DNA of 64,000 nucleotides from an uncultured Candidatus Binatia bacterium (GCA_965213675.1 OZ243916.1:3168001-3232000), one strand, 5' to 3'. Numbered from the stretch's first letter, positions 39,047 through 48,804 are shown. The notes: generated by a model not told the origin, from the letters alone. Made by a program: numbers and translations.

Positions 39047-39814
39047 ATGGGCGCACTGTCACCACCGGAACCATTTGCAGCGTTGCTGCTGCTGGCGTTG
39101 GGCTCCTGTCTCGGGAGTTTCCTGAACGTCTGCATCACCCGCCTCCCGGCAGGCGAGTCCATCCTCGTCCCGGCGTCCCACTGCCGCGCGTGCGAGGAGC
39201 CGCTTCCATTCTGGACGAACCTGCCGCTGATCAGCTACCTGCTGCTGCGCGCGCGATGTGCGTTCTGCGGCGTCCGTATCCCGGCTCGTTACTTTCTCGT
39301 GGAGCTGGGCGCGGCGGTGACGGCGCTGGCGAGCTACCGCCGGTTCGGCGCGGGTCCACGTCTGGGCGTTCACCTGTCGTTCGCGTGCGCCCTGGCGGTG
39401 GCGGCTGTGGCCGATCTCGAGACCGGACTCATTCCGGACGCCATCAGTGTTTACGGCATGGCCGCGGGGTTCGCGTTGTCGTGGTGCGCGCCAGCCCTCT
39501 CCCTTGAGGACTTTCCCTCCCCCGGCGGCTCGCTCCTGGGGGCATTGTGCGGCGGCGGCGTGCTGCTGGCCACGGCCGCGGGTTACCGCGCCGCCACGGG
39601 CCGGGACGGCCTCGGCGGCGGCGATGTCAAGCTGCTGGCAATGATCGGTTCCTTCGCCGGCTGGGAACGGGTGCCGGGCATTCTTGCCGTGAGCGCTCTG
39701 GCGGGCTCCCTGTGCGGCATCGGTCTGGTGTGCGTCAGGAAAGACGTTTCGTTGCGAACTCCCTTGCCGTTCGCGCCATTCCTGTGCCTGGGGGCGATGC
39801 TCTGCCTCTACTGA
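39047..39814 (+). CDS. pilD: Type IV prepilin peptidase
   Basis: GSFLNVCITRLP, CRAC and CAFC Zn motifs, DLETGLIPD, GGGDVKL, PFAPFL. Confidence 0.92.
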   Translation: MGALSPPEPFAALLLLALGSCLGSFLNVCITRLPAGESILVPASHCRACEEPLPFWTNLPLISYLLLRARCAFCGVRIPARYFLVELGAAVTALASYRRFGAGPRLGVHLSFACALAVAAVADLETGLIPDAISVYGMAAGFALSWCAPALSLEDFPSPGGSLLGALCGGGVLLATAAGYRAATGRDGLGGGDVKLLAMIGSFAGWERVPGILAVSALAGSLCGIGLVCVRKDVSLRTPLPFAPFLCLGAMLCLY

Positions 39815-39834
39815 GCCATCGAGGAACGCTGGAC

Positions 39835-40293
39835 ATGCGCATCGCTTGCGGTCGAACCGAAGGATTTTCTCTCCTGGGTCAGATGATCACCCTGGCCCTC
39901 GCCGGCATCATGCTGGCCATTGCGGTGCCGGGTTACCTGAAGGTGATGCCGCGTCACCGTCTCCACGGCGCCGCGCGCCAGGTCACCGGAGATCTCATGT
40001 GGGCGCGCATGAAGGCGATCCAGCGCAACAACCGCTACCGGATCTTCTTCCTCAACGATCACGAGTACCGCATCCTCGACGACGCGGACAACGACGGCGC
40101 CGTGGACCCCGGTGAGTGGACGTTCACGCGGGACCTCCATGCGGACTACCGGGACGTGGTGGTCCGCTCCAACAACAACCCGGTGTTCAGCCCGCGCGGC
40201 ACGGCCAGCCATCTGGCAACGGTCACGCTCACCAACCCTGCGGGCACCAAACGCGTGAGCATCAGCATCGCGGGACGGGTGCGCATCCAGTGA
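39835..40293 (+). CDS. FimT/FimU/GspH-like minor pilin
   Basis: G|FSLL prepilin motif plus hydrophobic helix; LMWARMKAI, FSPRG, ISIAGRVRI. Confidence 0.8.
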   Translation: MRIACGRTEGFSLLGQMITLALAGIMLAIAVPGYLKVMPRHRLHGAARQVTGDLMWARMKAIQRNNRYRIFFLNDHEYRILDDADNDGAVDPGEWTFTRDLHADYRDVVVRSNNNPVFSPRGTASHLATVTLTNPAGTKRVSISIAGRVRIQ

Positions 40294-40304
40294 CGGGAGA
40301 CGCC

Positions 40305-40685
40305 ATGGCAAGACCGCGTTCGCCGCTCGCCCGGTCGCAGGGCTTTTCCATGATCGAGCTGCTTGTGGCGATGCTGATCCTTTCGACGGCGCTCCTTGGC
40401 CTCGGCCGGCTCGCCATCGGAGTGATTCAGGGAAATCTCCGGAGCCGCGACCACGGCGTCGCCACGTTCCTCGCCCAGGAGCGCATCGAGAGTCTCAAGG
40501 GTGTGGGAGGCGCCGTCGTCCCGGCCACGGAGGACTACGGTTCCGTGCCCGACTACCCCGGTTTCAAGCGGGTCACCGGGGTTCTGCGGGACACCCCCGA
40601 AAGCGGCTTGAGCACCGTCACGGTGACCGTCTTCTGGAATCGGGACGGGCGTTCTGTGGTCCTCCGGACCATTCTGAGTCGGTGA
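40305..40685 (+). CDS. pilV: PilV-like minor pilin
   Basis: QG|FSMIELLVAM; LAQERIE; VTVTVFW. Confidence 0.8.
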   Translation: MARPRSPLARSQGFSMIELLVAMLILSTALLGLGRLAIGVIQGNLRSRDHGVATFLAQERIESLKGVGGAVVPATEDYGSVPDYPGFKRVTGVLRDTPESGLSTVTVTVFWNRDGRSVVLRTILSR

Positions 40686-41353
40686 TGCGTCTGTTTGAGT
40701 CCGTGATGCGTCTGAGTCTGCTTCCCGACTCAGGCCGGCGCCGCTTCCGGCAATCCAGGCGGGCGCGCGGCCGTTGCCCGGCAGCCCGAGGCTTCACGCT
40801 GATCGAGCTTCTGGTGGTGCTGGCGATCCAGGGAATACTCCTGGCTGCCGTGATCGCGAGCTTCACCGGTCAGCTCACCACCCACGACCTTCAGGAACAG
40901 GTCACCGCCATGCATCAGAACGCCCGCGCGGCCATGACGATGGTGCTCCGGGAGGCGCGCAAGGCCGGTTACGATCCGGCGGGCGCGGGTTTCGCGGGCA
41001 TCGTCTACGATCCGGTGCGATTGCGCATCGCGGTGGACCACAACGGCGACGGCGACCTTTCGGATTCCAACGAACGCGTCGCGTATTACCACGACGCCGC
41101 GCAAATGATTCTGCGCCGCGCTACCGGAGGCGGCGGCGGGCAACCTGTCGTGGAGGATGTGCAAGGATTCACCGTGGAATACTTCGACGCCGCCGGCAAT
41201 CGCACCACCACGAACTCCGCCATACGGCGACTGAGGATCGCCATCACCACGCGCACCGCCAAACGGGACCCGCGCTACCCTGCCAACGGAGGCTACCGCA
41301 CCCACACGCTCCGCTCCGTGGTGACGCCGGTCAACCTGGGGTTGGCGCCGTGA
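40682..41353 (+). CDS. pilW: PilW-like minor pilin
   Basis: RG|FTLIELLVVL; QNARAAM..REARKAGY; C-terminal VTPVNL; start uncertain. Confidence 0.8.
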   Translation: MMRLFESVMRLSLLPDSGRRRFRQSRRARGRCPAARGFTLIELLVVLAIQGILLAAVIASFTGQLTTHDLQEQVTAMHQNARAAMTMVLREARKAGYDPAGAGFAGIVYDPVRLRIAVDHNGDGDLSDSNERVAYYHDAAQMILRRATGGGGGQPVVEDVQGFTVEYFDAAGNRTTTNSAIRRLRIAITTRTAKRDPRYPANGGYRTHTLRSVVTPVNLGLAP

Positions 41354-41523
41354 GTGGGTCCGGACGGGTTCGCGAGTCGCCGGCCTTGTCTTGCATCGGT
41401 TCCGCGCGCCCTCGCCGGGCCGGGTCATGAGATACTTGGCAACATTGGGAAGTACTCGTACTCGTCGCCTGCGGGCGCTCACTATGCCTGCCAGCCGATT
41501 CGAGGTACGAATACGACCCAGCC

Positions 41524-42234
41524 ATGCTGCGGCCCATCATTCAGATCGCCGGAATCCGGAACGAGGCCGAGGCGCGGATGCTCGTGACGAGCGGCGTCCA
41601 CCGGCTCGGCTTCCCCATCGGCCTGGACGTGCATGAGGAGGATCTGCCGGAAGCCGTGGCGGCCGAGGTCATCCAACGGCTCCGCATCGGTCCTCAAGCC
41701 TGGCTGATCACCTACCGTCGCGAACCGCGCGTGGTGGCCGCCATGTGCCGGCGGCTTGCCTGCGCCGGCGTTCAACTGCACGGCGACACGGGTCCGGAGC
41801 CGGTGCGGCGGCTCCGGACGCTGTGCCCGGGCCTCCAGGTGGTGAAGAGTCTGGTCGTCCGGGAAGGCAACCTGGCGGAGTTGGAGGAAGGGATACGGGT
41901 GTTGGCGGCGCACGTGGACGGTTTCATCACCGACACTTTCGACCCGGCCAGCGGCGCGTCCGGGGCCACCGGCAAACCACACGACTGGAGCGTGAGCCGC
42001 CGGCTGGTGGAACTGAGCCCGCGGCCTGTCATACTGGCGGGTGGATTGACCCCGGAGAACGTGGCCCGGGCCATCGAAGCCGTCCGACCCGCGGGAGTCG
42101 ACGTTCACACCGGTGTCGAGGACGCCGCCGGCCGCAAGGACCCCGCGCGGGTGCGGGCGTTCGTGTCGAGCGCGTCGGCGGCCTTTGCCGCCCTTGATCG
42201 GCGGACGGCACGGGCAGGGAACGCAGGATCATGA
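41524..42234 (+). CDS. trpF: Phosphoribosylanthranilate isomerase-like
   Basis: QIAGI, VQLHG, GATGKPHDW, ILAGGLTPENV, GVDVHTGVE, KD. Confidence 0.85.
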   Translation: MLRPIIQIAGIRNEAEARMLVTSGVHRLGFPIGLDVHEEDLPEAVAAEVIQRLRIGPQAWLITYRREPRVVAAMCRRLACAGVQLHGDTGPEPVRRLRTLCPGLQVVKSLVVREGNLAELEEGIRVLAAHVDGFITDTFDPASGASGATGKPHDWSVSRRLVELSPRPVILAGGLTPENVARAIEAVRPAGVDVHTGVEDAAGRKDPARVRAFVSSASAAFAALDRRTARAGNAGS

Positions 42235-42260
42235 ACGTGGTTCAGGAAACGGGAGCGACA

Positions 42261-43229
42261 ATGAATCTGGGATTGAGCCCGTTGCAGGGCACCGACAGCT
42301 TCGCGGAAACCATCGAAGAGTGCGAGCGCGCGGAAGAGGCGGGGTTCCATTCCGTATGGCTCGGGGAACATCACAACAACCCGGTGCTCTATCCGGCCCC
42401 GCTCCTGGGGCTCGCCGCCATTGCCGCGCGCACCCGCCGCGTGGCGTTGGGCACCGGGGTGCTGCTGTTGCCGCTTTACCACCCCATGTGCGTGGCGGAG
42501 GAAGGCGCCATGGTGGACATGATTTCCGGCGGCCGCCTGATCCTTGGAGTGGGGGCGGGCTACGCTCCCGAGGAGTTCGCCGCCTTCGGCCTGTCCGTGA
42601 AGCAGCGCGGCAGCCGGTTGGACGAGGGGGCCGCGCTGCTTCGGCAACTCTGGACCGAGACCCACGTCACGCATCACGGGCGGCACTTTCACGTGGAGGA
42701 CGCCACGGTGGGGCCGCGGCCGGTGCAGCAGCCGCCGCCCATCTGGTTCGGCGCCTGGACCGCCCCCGCCATCCAGCGCGCCGCCCGCCTCGGCGACGCC
42801 TGGCTGGCCGGTCCGTCCGCCGCTCTTTCGGAGTTGTCGTCGTGCGCCCAGGCCTATCGTCAAGCGTGCTCCGACCTGGGCAAGACGCCCGGAGAGATCG
42901 CTGCGTTCCGCTATGTATTCGTCGCCGACACCACCGAGCAGGCGCTGGCGGCCGCCGGTGAATCCTTCATCCAGGCCTACGAGAACATGTACTTCCGCTG
43001 GCCCCATCCGGTGATCAAGCGGCCCCCCGGAGACCTCACCATCCAACGCCTCGCCAAGGACCGGATCATCCTGGGCGATCCCGAAACCTGCGCGCGGGAG
43101 ATCACGCGCTTCCGGCAGGAACTGGGGCTCACCCACCTCATCTGCCGCTTTTCCGTCCCCGGCATCTCCCGCCAGGCGTCCGCGTCATCCCTCGACCTGT
43201 TCGCGCGCGAGGTGATGCCGGCACTGTAG
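42261..43229 (+). CDS. LLM-class flavin-dependent oxidoreductase
   Basis: WLGEHH, GTGVLLLPLYHP, GRLILGVGAGY, PPIWFG, GDPE. Confidence 0.9.
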   Translation: MNLGLSPLQGTDSFAETIEECERAEEAGFHSVWLGEHHNNPVLYPAPLLGLAAIAARTRRVALGTGVLLLPLYHPMCVAEEGAMVDMISGGRLILGVGAGYAPEEFAAFGLSVKQRGSRLDEGAALLRQLWTETHVTHHGRHFHVEDATVGPRPVQQPPPIWFGAWTAPAIQRAARLGDAWLAGPSAALSELSSCAQAYRQACSDLGKTPGEIAAFRYVFVADTTEQALAAAGESFIQAYENMYFRWPHPVIKRPPGDLTIQRLAKDRIILGDPETCAREITRFRQELGLTHLICRFSVPGISRQASASSLDLFAREVMPAL

Positions 43230-43241
43230 CGAAACCGCTTG

Positions 43242-43267
43242 GGAGCTTGTGCCGCCGGAATTCGCGA
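43242..43267. repeat. Isolated degenerate end of the MITE-like element
   Basis: ggagcttgtgccgccggaattc matches the copy B left end at 20/22 positions. Confidence 0.5.
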
Positions 43268-43295
43268 TGGGGTTCTTGCTTTCATGCCCGTGAGG

Positions 43296-44288
43296 TCAGG
43301 GGGCGTCGATGGCTTCCAGGCGTGACAGGATCGCGCCCCAGTCCCTGGCCAGCGTGGGGTCCGCGGCCATGCGCTCGCGGACGCGCTTCCGTTCGTGGCT
43401 CACGGCGGTGTAGTCGAGCCCGCCCAGTTGCGCGCCGATGGCTTGCTGGGTCATGCCGGCATGACGGTGCATGAGTTCCATCAACAGGCCGCGCGGGTCG
43501 CGACAGCGGCCCCGCTTTCGTTGCAACCGCGCTGGCGGCAGTTGGAAGTAGGCCGCCACCGCGGCGGTAATCCGGGCGGGGGAAACTCGCCGCGCGCGTT
43601 GCGGCGCCGGGGTTTCCGGACCCGCCCCGGCTGCGTCCGCCGACAGTCTCCGGGCGGCGTCCCAGAAGCGGTCGTCTCCCAGGACCACTTGCCCGCGCAC
43701 GGCCTTCCACGGAGCCGGCACGCGCTGCTCCAAGCCGTCCTGCACGAACCGGCCGTAGCGCTGCCGTGATTCCCCCACTGCGGCGAGCACCGCATCGTAG
43801 TGCACCCACGACTGCCGGCGCCGCGCCGACACGTACCCGCCCAGGCTGGTCCAGCGATACAGCCACAGTTGCCGGACCTGCTCGGGAATCGACGGCCGCG
43901 GGCGGAGCACGCGTACCGGATTCATGTGCACGTACCGGCTCAGCGTGAGCAGGTATGCGTCGGGCTGGAACAGGATCGCCTTGAAGCGGCCCTGGTAGAG
44001 GTTGCCCGCGCGCCGGTGGCGCCGGTTGAAGAAGGACGTGTACGCGACGCTGAAGTGCCGCATGAAGTCGGACAGGTTGGCCCCGGGGGTTTCCACCATC
44101 AGATGGAAGTGGTTGCGCATCAGCACGTAGGCATGCAACCGGACATCATAGATCTCCAGCGATTTCCGCAACCGTTCGAGAAAAGCCTGACGGTCGTCGT
44201 CGTCCGCGAAGATCCTTCCGCGGTTGTTGCCGCGACAGGTGACGTGATAGTGCGCGTGCGGATACTCGATCCGTAAAGGCCGTGCCAT
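43296..44288 (-). mobile_element. RAYT-type Y1 (HUH) transposase with C-terminal DnaA-like HTH
   Basis: MARPLR, YHVTCRGNN, NHFHL (HUH), LYQGRFKA, RYVHMNPVR, YRWTS; C-terminal QAIGAQLGGLDYTAVS. Confidence 0.88.
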
Positions 44289-44375
44289 GGCCCTCCCCGG
44301 TGTACAAGATCTGACCCCAATTGCGCATTATCCCTCTGGCGGGCTTCATGTCAAGCGGCACGGAACCCCGAAGGA

Positions 44376-45404
44376 TCAGTCCGGCAGGCGCGCTATGATC
44401 GCATCCGCGAATGCCTCGGTTTCCAGGTCTCCGCCCAGGTCCCGGGTCTTGCAACCCTGGTGGAGGGCCGCGTCGTAGGCGGCCTGGATGCGTTGGGCGG
44501 CCCGGCGGCAGTTTTCGTCCTCGCGTGTGTCCGCCAAGTGGTTGAGCATCATCACCGCGGACATGAGCATCGCCAGGGGATTGGCCACGCCCGTGCCGGC
44601 GATGTCCGGCGCCGAGCCATGCACCGCTTCGAACACGGCCCGGTCCTCACCGAAATTGGCCCCGGGAACGACGCCGAGTCCGCCCACCAGGCCGGCGCAC
44701 AGGTCGCTGATGACGTCGCCGTAGAGGTTTTCGAGCAGCAGCACGTCGAAGCGGCTGGGATCCTGCACGAGCTTCATGCAGCCCGCGTCGATAATGGCCT
44801 CCTCGTACTCGATGTTCGGGTACTCGTGCTGGTGGATGCGGCGGGCGCATTGCAGGAAGAGGCCGTCGGTGACCTTCATGATGTTGGCCTTGTGGAATAC
44901 CGTGATCTTGCGGCGCTGGCGCCGCGTGGCGAAGCGGAACGCCCAATGGGCGATGCGCAGGCTGGCGCTCTTGGTCGCCACCTTCATGCTCATGACCACG
45001 TCGTCGGTCACCTGGTTCTCGACGCCGCTGTAGAGTCCTTCGGTGTTTTCGCGCACGATGATGAGGTCCACGTCGTCGAAGCGCGTCGGCACCCCGGCCA
45101 GTGAACGCACCGGGCGCACGGCAGCGTACAGGTTGAGCCGTTGGCGCAACTGCACGTTGACCGAGGTGAAGCCCTCGCCCACGGGAGTGGTGCACGGTCC
45201 CTTGAGGGCGATGCCATGGTGCTCGATGGCCTCCGTGGTGGACTCCGGGAGCACGTCCGGCCCGGTCTCCAGAGCGGTCACGCCGGCCTGGCGTTCAACC
45301 CATTGGATGGGCGCCTGGGCCGTTTCGAATACGCGGCGCACCGCCGCGGTGATTTCGGGGCCGATGCCGTCCCCGGGAATGAGTACTACGGAATGTGTCG
45401 TCAT
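44376..45404 (-). CDS. Isocitrate/isopropylmalate dehydrogenase family (NAD-IDH-like)
   Basis: IPGDGIGPE, SVNVQLR, RENTEGLY, HKANIMK, NLYGDVISD, EAVHGSAPDIAG. Confidence 0.92.
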   Translation of the reverse strand: MTTHSVVLIPGDGIGPEITAAVRRVFETAQAPIQWVERQAGVTALETGPDVLPESTTEAIEHHGIALKGPCTTPVGEGFTSVNVQLRQRLNLYAAVRPVRSLAGVPTRFDDVDLIIVRENTEGLYSGVENQVTDDVVMSMKVATKSASLRIAHWAFRFATRRQRRKITVFHKANIMKVTDGLFLQCARRIHQHEYPNIEYEEAIIDAGCMKLVQDPSRFDVLLLENLYGDVISDLCAGLVGGLGVVPGANFGEDRAVFEAVHGSAPDIAGTGVANPLAMLMSAVMMLNHLADTREDENCRRAAQRIQAAYDAALHQGCKTRDLGGDLETEAFADAIIARLPD

Positions 45405-45727
45405 GGTTCAGAATGCTGGGTCCGGCTGCCGTGGGTCATCGCTCTTCAGGCGTGTTCATGCGTGGCGTCCGCACGAGGCGCAAGTATAGCCGGACTTGAG
45501 CGGCTTGGGAAAGTCGGGCGAAGCGGGTAGCATGGCTCCCGCGTGGGCGGCGTGCCTTTCGAGGGCGTGTGCCGCGTGGGTTTGGCTTTTTCAGGCCCTT
45601 GCCGGCAACGGACCCGGAGGCTGCGGGTTTGCTCGAACCGTGGCGAGGGGCAGGGAAATGGACCCGTTCCCCCGCCTCTTATCGGTCTATTGATGAACCC
45701 GGCAGGCTCCCGGGGCGAGGGAGGACC

Positions 45728-46633
45728 ATGTTCGAGGGATTCGCGACACACGATATTCGCTGTGAGAACGCCACGATCCATTGCCGCGCCGGCGGCCGGG
45801 GCAGGCCGCTCCTGCTGTTGCATGGATTCCCGCAGACCCATGTGCAATGGCATCGGCTGGCGCCATTGCTGATGAATGAGTTCACGTTGGTTCTCCCGGA
45901 TCTTCGCGGTTACGGAGAGAGCCGGGGACCCGCGCCCGACCCCCGGCACACCCACTACTCCAAGCGCGAGATGGCCCGGGACATGGTTCACGTCATGGCG
46001 GCGCTTGGGCATGAGCGGTTTGGCGTCGTGGCGCATGACCGGGGCGCCAGAGTCGGCTATCGGCTCGCGCTCGACAGTCCCGAGGGGGTCACCCACTTCG
46101 TGAGCCTGGACACCGTGCCGACGCTCGACTCCTGGGAAGCCACGGACATGAACGTCTCCATCCGGCGTTTCCATTGGTCCTTCCTGGCTCAACCCGCACC
46201 CTTGCCGGAACGTTTGATGGGCGCGGACCCGGATTTCTTCATCATGCATCTGCTGGATCGTTGGGCCGGGCGACCGGGCGTGTTGGAACCGGCGGCGGTG
46301 GAAGCGTACAAGGCCGCGTTCCGGCGACCCGGCGTGCGGCAGGCCATGGCGGAAGACTACCGGGCCGGCGCAACGCTGGACTTTGAGCATGATCGGCAGG
46401 ATCGGCAGGCGGGGAAGAAACTCGCATGCCCGGTGCTGGTGTTGCGCGGGTCGCCACGCCGGCCCAAGCCACTCCGCCCGGTCTGGGAACGGTGGGCCGA
46501 TGACGTGTCCGAGGCGGCCTTGGACTGCGGCCACTTCATCGCCGAGGAAGCGCCGGAGGCTTGCGCGGAAGCCATCCGGCGGTTTCTGTTGGGCGAGCAT
46601 GCCGGTCATTCCCGCGAGGAGCTTGCGCCGTAG
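45728..46633 (+). CDS. Haloacetate/fluoroacetate dehalogenase-family hydrolase
   Basis: LHGFPQT, DLRGYG, HDRGARV, FHWSF, EDYRA, CGHF; SD GGAGG. Confidence 0.85.
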   Translation: MFEGFATHDIRCENATIHCRAGGRGRPLLLLHGFPQTHVQWHRLAPLLMNEFTLVLPDLRGYGESRGPAPDPRHTHYSKREMARDMVHVMAALGHERFGVVAHDRGARVGYRLALDSPEGVTHFVSLDTVPTLDSWEATDMNVSIRRFHWSFLAQPAPLPERLMGADPDFFIMHLLDRWAGRPGVLEPAAVEAYKAAFRRPGVRQAMAEDYRAGATLDFEHDRQDRQAGKKLACPVLVLRGSPRRPKPLRPVWERWADDVSEAALDCGHFIAEEAPEACAEAIRRFLLGEHAGHSREELAP

Positions 46634-46777
46634 GAATACGCGAAAGCGAAAATTCGCCATCGCCGTCCCTTCGGCCGCTCGATTTCGTCAAAACTGACTT
46701 GATATTCTCCTCAATCGAGGGGCCGAAGGGACGGATGAGAGCGGATTTGCAGCCGTGAATTCCTGCGACGCAAGCTC
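46619..46777. mobile_element. MITE-like palindromic element, copy C (159 bp, core inverted relative to A and B)
   Basis: Same TIRs and arms as B but reverse-complemented, while core 46684-46713 reads in the same plus-strand direction as in B; flanks cgag/ctgg. Confidence 0.85.
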
Positions 46778-46947
46778 CTGGCAGCGGTTGGGGTCCATCG
46801 AAGCGTAGCGAGAGGTAGAAACAGGGGCCACCTGCCTTGCTGTGGGGTGACTCGGATCCATTGGGGCGAGACGCCATCGTCCAAGTGGCAATGGAAAGAA
46901 TTCCTGGATCGTTGACAGATCGACAGGTTGCCGGCGTGGAGCGAGAG

Positions 46948-47778
46948 ATGAGCACACAGGTGGAAATACGGCTCGACGTTCCGTACGGGGGAGGCCCCGA
47001 CGGCAAGCTTTGCAACGACGTGTATCTGCCCACCGGGCCGGGGCCCCACGCCGCGTTGCTGTGTTTCCACGGCGGCGCCTGGGCGCACGGGAGCCGGCGC
47101 CAGTATCAGGAGTGGGGGCCGTGGCTCGCGGCCCGCGGTTACGCCCTGGTGGCGGTGGAATACCGGTTGTCGAAGAACGTTTCGCCGTCGTGGCCGGGCG
47201 TCCACGAGGACATCCGCCGGGCACTGTGCTGGCTTCTGGAGGAGGCCCCGGGGTTGCGCGTGGACCCCATGCGGCTGGGCCTCGTGGGCGACTCAGCGGG
47301 CGGTCACATGGCGGCGCTCCTTTCCCTGGACGACTGGGTCCGGCCGCACCTGCGAGCTGTGGTGGGGGTCTACGGTATCTACGATCTGCTGGACTGGTGG
47401 AAGGTCACCCAAAAGCGCAAGGACGACCCGGTGGGCCGGCTCATGGGCAAGACGCCTGCCCAAGCGCCGGATGACTACCGCCGGTTCTCACCGCTTCAAA
47501 GGGTCGAGACCGAGGGAGCGCCGCCTGGAGTCCCCTACCTCGTCATCCACGGCGCGCAGGATCCCATCGTCCACCACAACCAGTCCGAACGCTTCATCGC
47601 CGCGCTGCGCGCCGCCGGCGCCGAGGTCGAGACCTTGTTCGTTCCCGACGCCGGTCACTCGTGGTTCACCTACCTGCCGGGCGAGCCCGACCGCCGCCGG
47701 GTGGATCAGGAGCCCAACGTCACCGTCGCGCCCGTGCTCCTGGCGTTCCTGGAGCGCAACTTGGCATCCCGCGGTTAG
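46948..47778 (+). CDS. HSL/Aes-family alpha/beta esterase
   Basis: HGGAW, EYRL, GDSAGG, HGAQD, AGH. Confidence 0.88.
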   Translation: MSTQVEIRLDVPYGGGPDGKLCNDVYLPTGPGPHAALLCFHGGAWAHGSRRQYQEWGPWLAARGYALVAVEYRLSKNVSPSWPGVHEDIRRALCWLLEEAPGLRVDPMRLGLVGDSAGGHMAALLSLDDWVRPHLRAVVGVYGIYDLLDWWKVTQKRKDDPVGRLMGKTPAQAPDDYRRFSPLQRVETEGAPPGVPYLVIHGAQDPIVHHNQSERFIAALRAAGAEVETLFVPDAGHSWFTYLPGEPDRRRVDQEPNVTVAPVLLAFLERNLASRG

Positions 47779-47886
47779 AACCACCGTACTCCTTGTTGCC
47801 GGCGCGCGAGCGGAATGGAATGTACAGGAGGGTTGCAAACCCGTCCGTGACTGCACCGCCAGCCAACCACGGTCGACACACGGGCT

Positions 47887-48804
47887 TCAGCGATACTGGG
47901 CGGCGCGGCGCTGCCGGAGGAATTCGCCGGCGGCGATGGGCGGATACTGCGCTGGACGCCCGGGGTTGCAACAGGAATCGAGACACCGGACCGTAGCCGC
48001 GCTGTTGGGATTGTAGAAGAAAACGGTGGAGTACCGGGACTGCGCCATGTTCGCGGCGGGCAGGGCCACCCGGTGCTCGGGTGAGCGGAAGATGCCGTTG
48101 CTCCAGCGTGACAGCAGGTCCGCCACGTTGACCGTGACGGCGCCGGGCGCCACCGGGACCGTCACCCAGCGGCCGTCCACCAGCGCCTCCAGACCTTCCA
48201 CTTCGTCCTGGAAGACCAGCGTCACCGTGCCGTAGTCCGTGTGGGTTCCGGCGCGCAGTTGGCCGTCTCCGGCGGGCTGTATCAGCGGTGGGTAGTGAAA
48301 GAACCGCACGGTGCTCGCGTGGGGCGCGTGCTTGTCGTCGAAGAAGTCCTCGGGCGCGTCCAGGGAGAGCGCCATGGCCCGGACCAGCGTGGCGCACGCG
48401 CGGGCGCCGGCTTCGTGTAGCTCCAGCACGGTCTGCCGGAAACCGTCCACCGGAATGTGCCAGCGGTCCAGGAACTCGAGGCTGGCCCGGTTCAGGCTGA
48501 AGGACTCCTTGAGGTCCCCCGGCCGTTGCGAATCGAGGTGTTCGATGGCGACGCCGACATATCCCGATATGACGTCCAGGTCGGACCGGCCGATGGCTTG
48601 CTTGACTTCCGCGGGCAAGGCGAAGAATTCCCTGGCCTTGGCGGAGACGCGCTGGATCAGCCCGGCGGGCAGCGGCAGGTTGACGACATTGAAAAAGCCG
48701 TACCTGCTGCACGCCGCGCGGACTTCTTCCGCGACCCGGCGCCGCGCGGCCGCGTCACTGCTGAGGAACGGGCCGAAATCGATCTTCGGAATAACCGGTG
48801 CCAC
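47887..48804 (-). CDS. 2OG-Fe(II) dioxygenase, isopenicillin N synthase family
   Basis: IPKIDF, GFF, DLKES, HTDYG, NVADLL..WSNG, HRV, RYS. Confidence 0.92.
   Translation of the reverse strand: MAPVIPKIDFGPFLSSDAAARRRVAEEVRAACSRYGFFNVVNLPLPAGLIQRVSAKAREFFALPAEVKQAIGRSDLDVISGYVGVAIEHLDSQRPGDLKESFSLNRASLEFLDRWHIPVDGFRQTVLELHEAGARACATLVRAMALSLDAPEDFFDDKHAPHASTVRFFHYPPLIQPAGDGQLRAGTHTDYGTVTLVFQDEVEGLEALVDGRWVTVPVAPGAVTVNVADLLSRWSNGIFRSPEHRVALPAANMAQSRYSTVFFYNPNSAATVRCLDSCCNPGRPAQYPPIAAGEFLRQRRAAQYR

Noticed and set aside
6413-46777. MITE copies as CRISPR repeats or integron attC sites
   Set aside because: Dispersed rather than arrayed, the cores are homologous rather than unique spacers, there is no cas or intI gene, and no RYYYAAC/GTTRRRY ends
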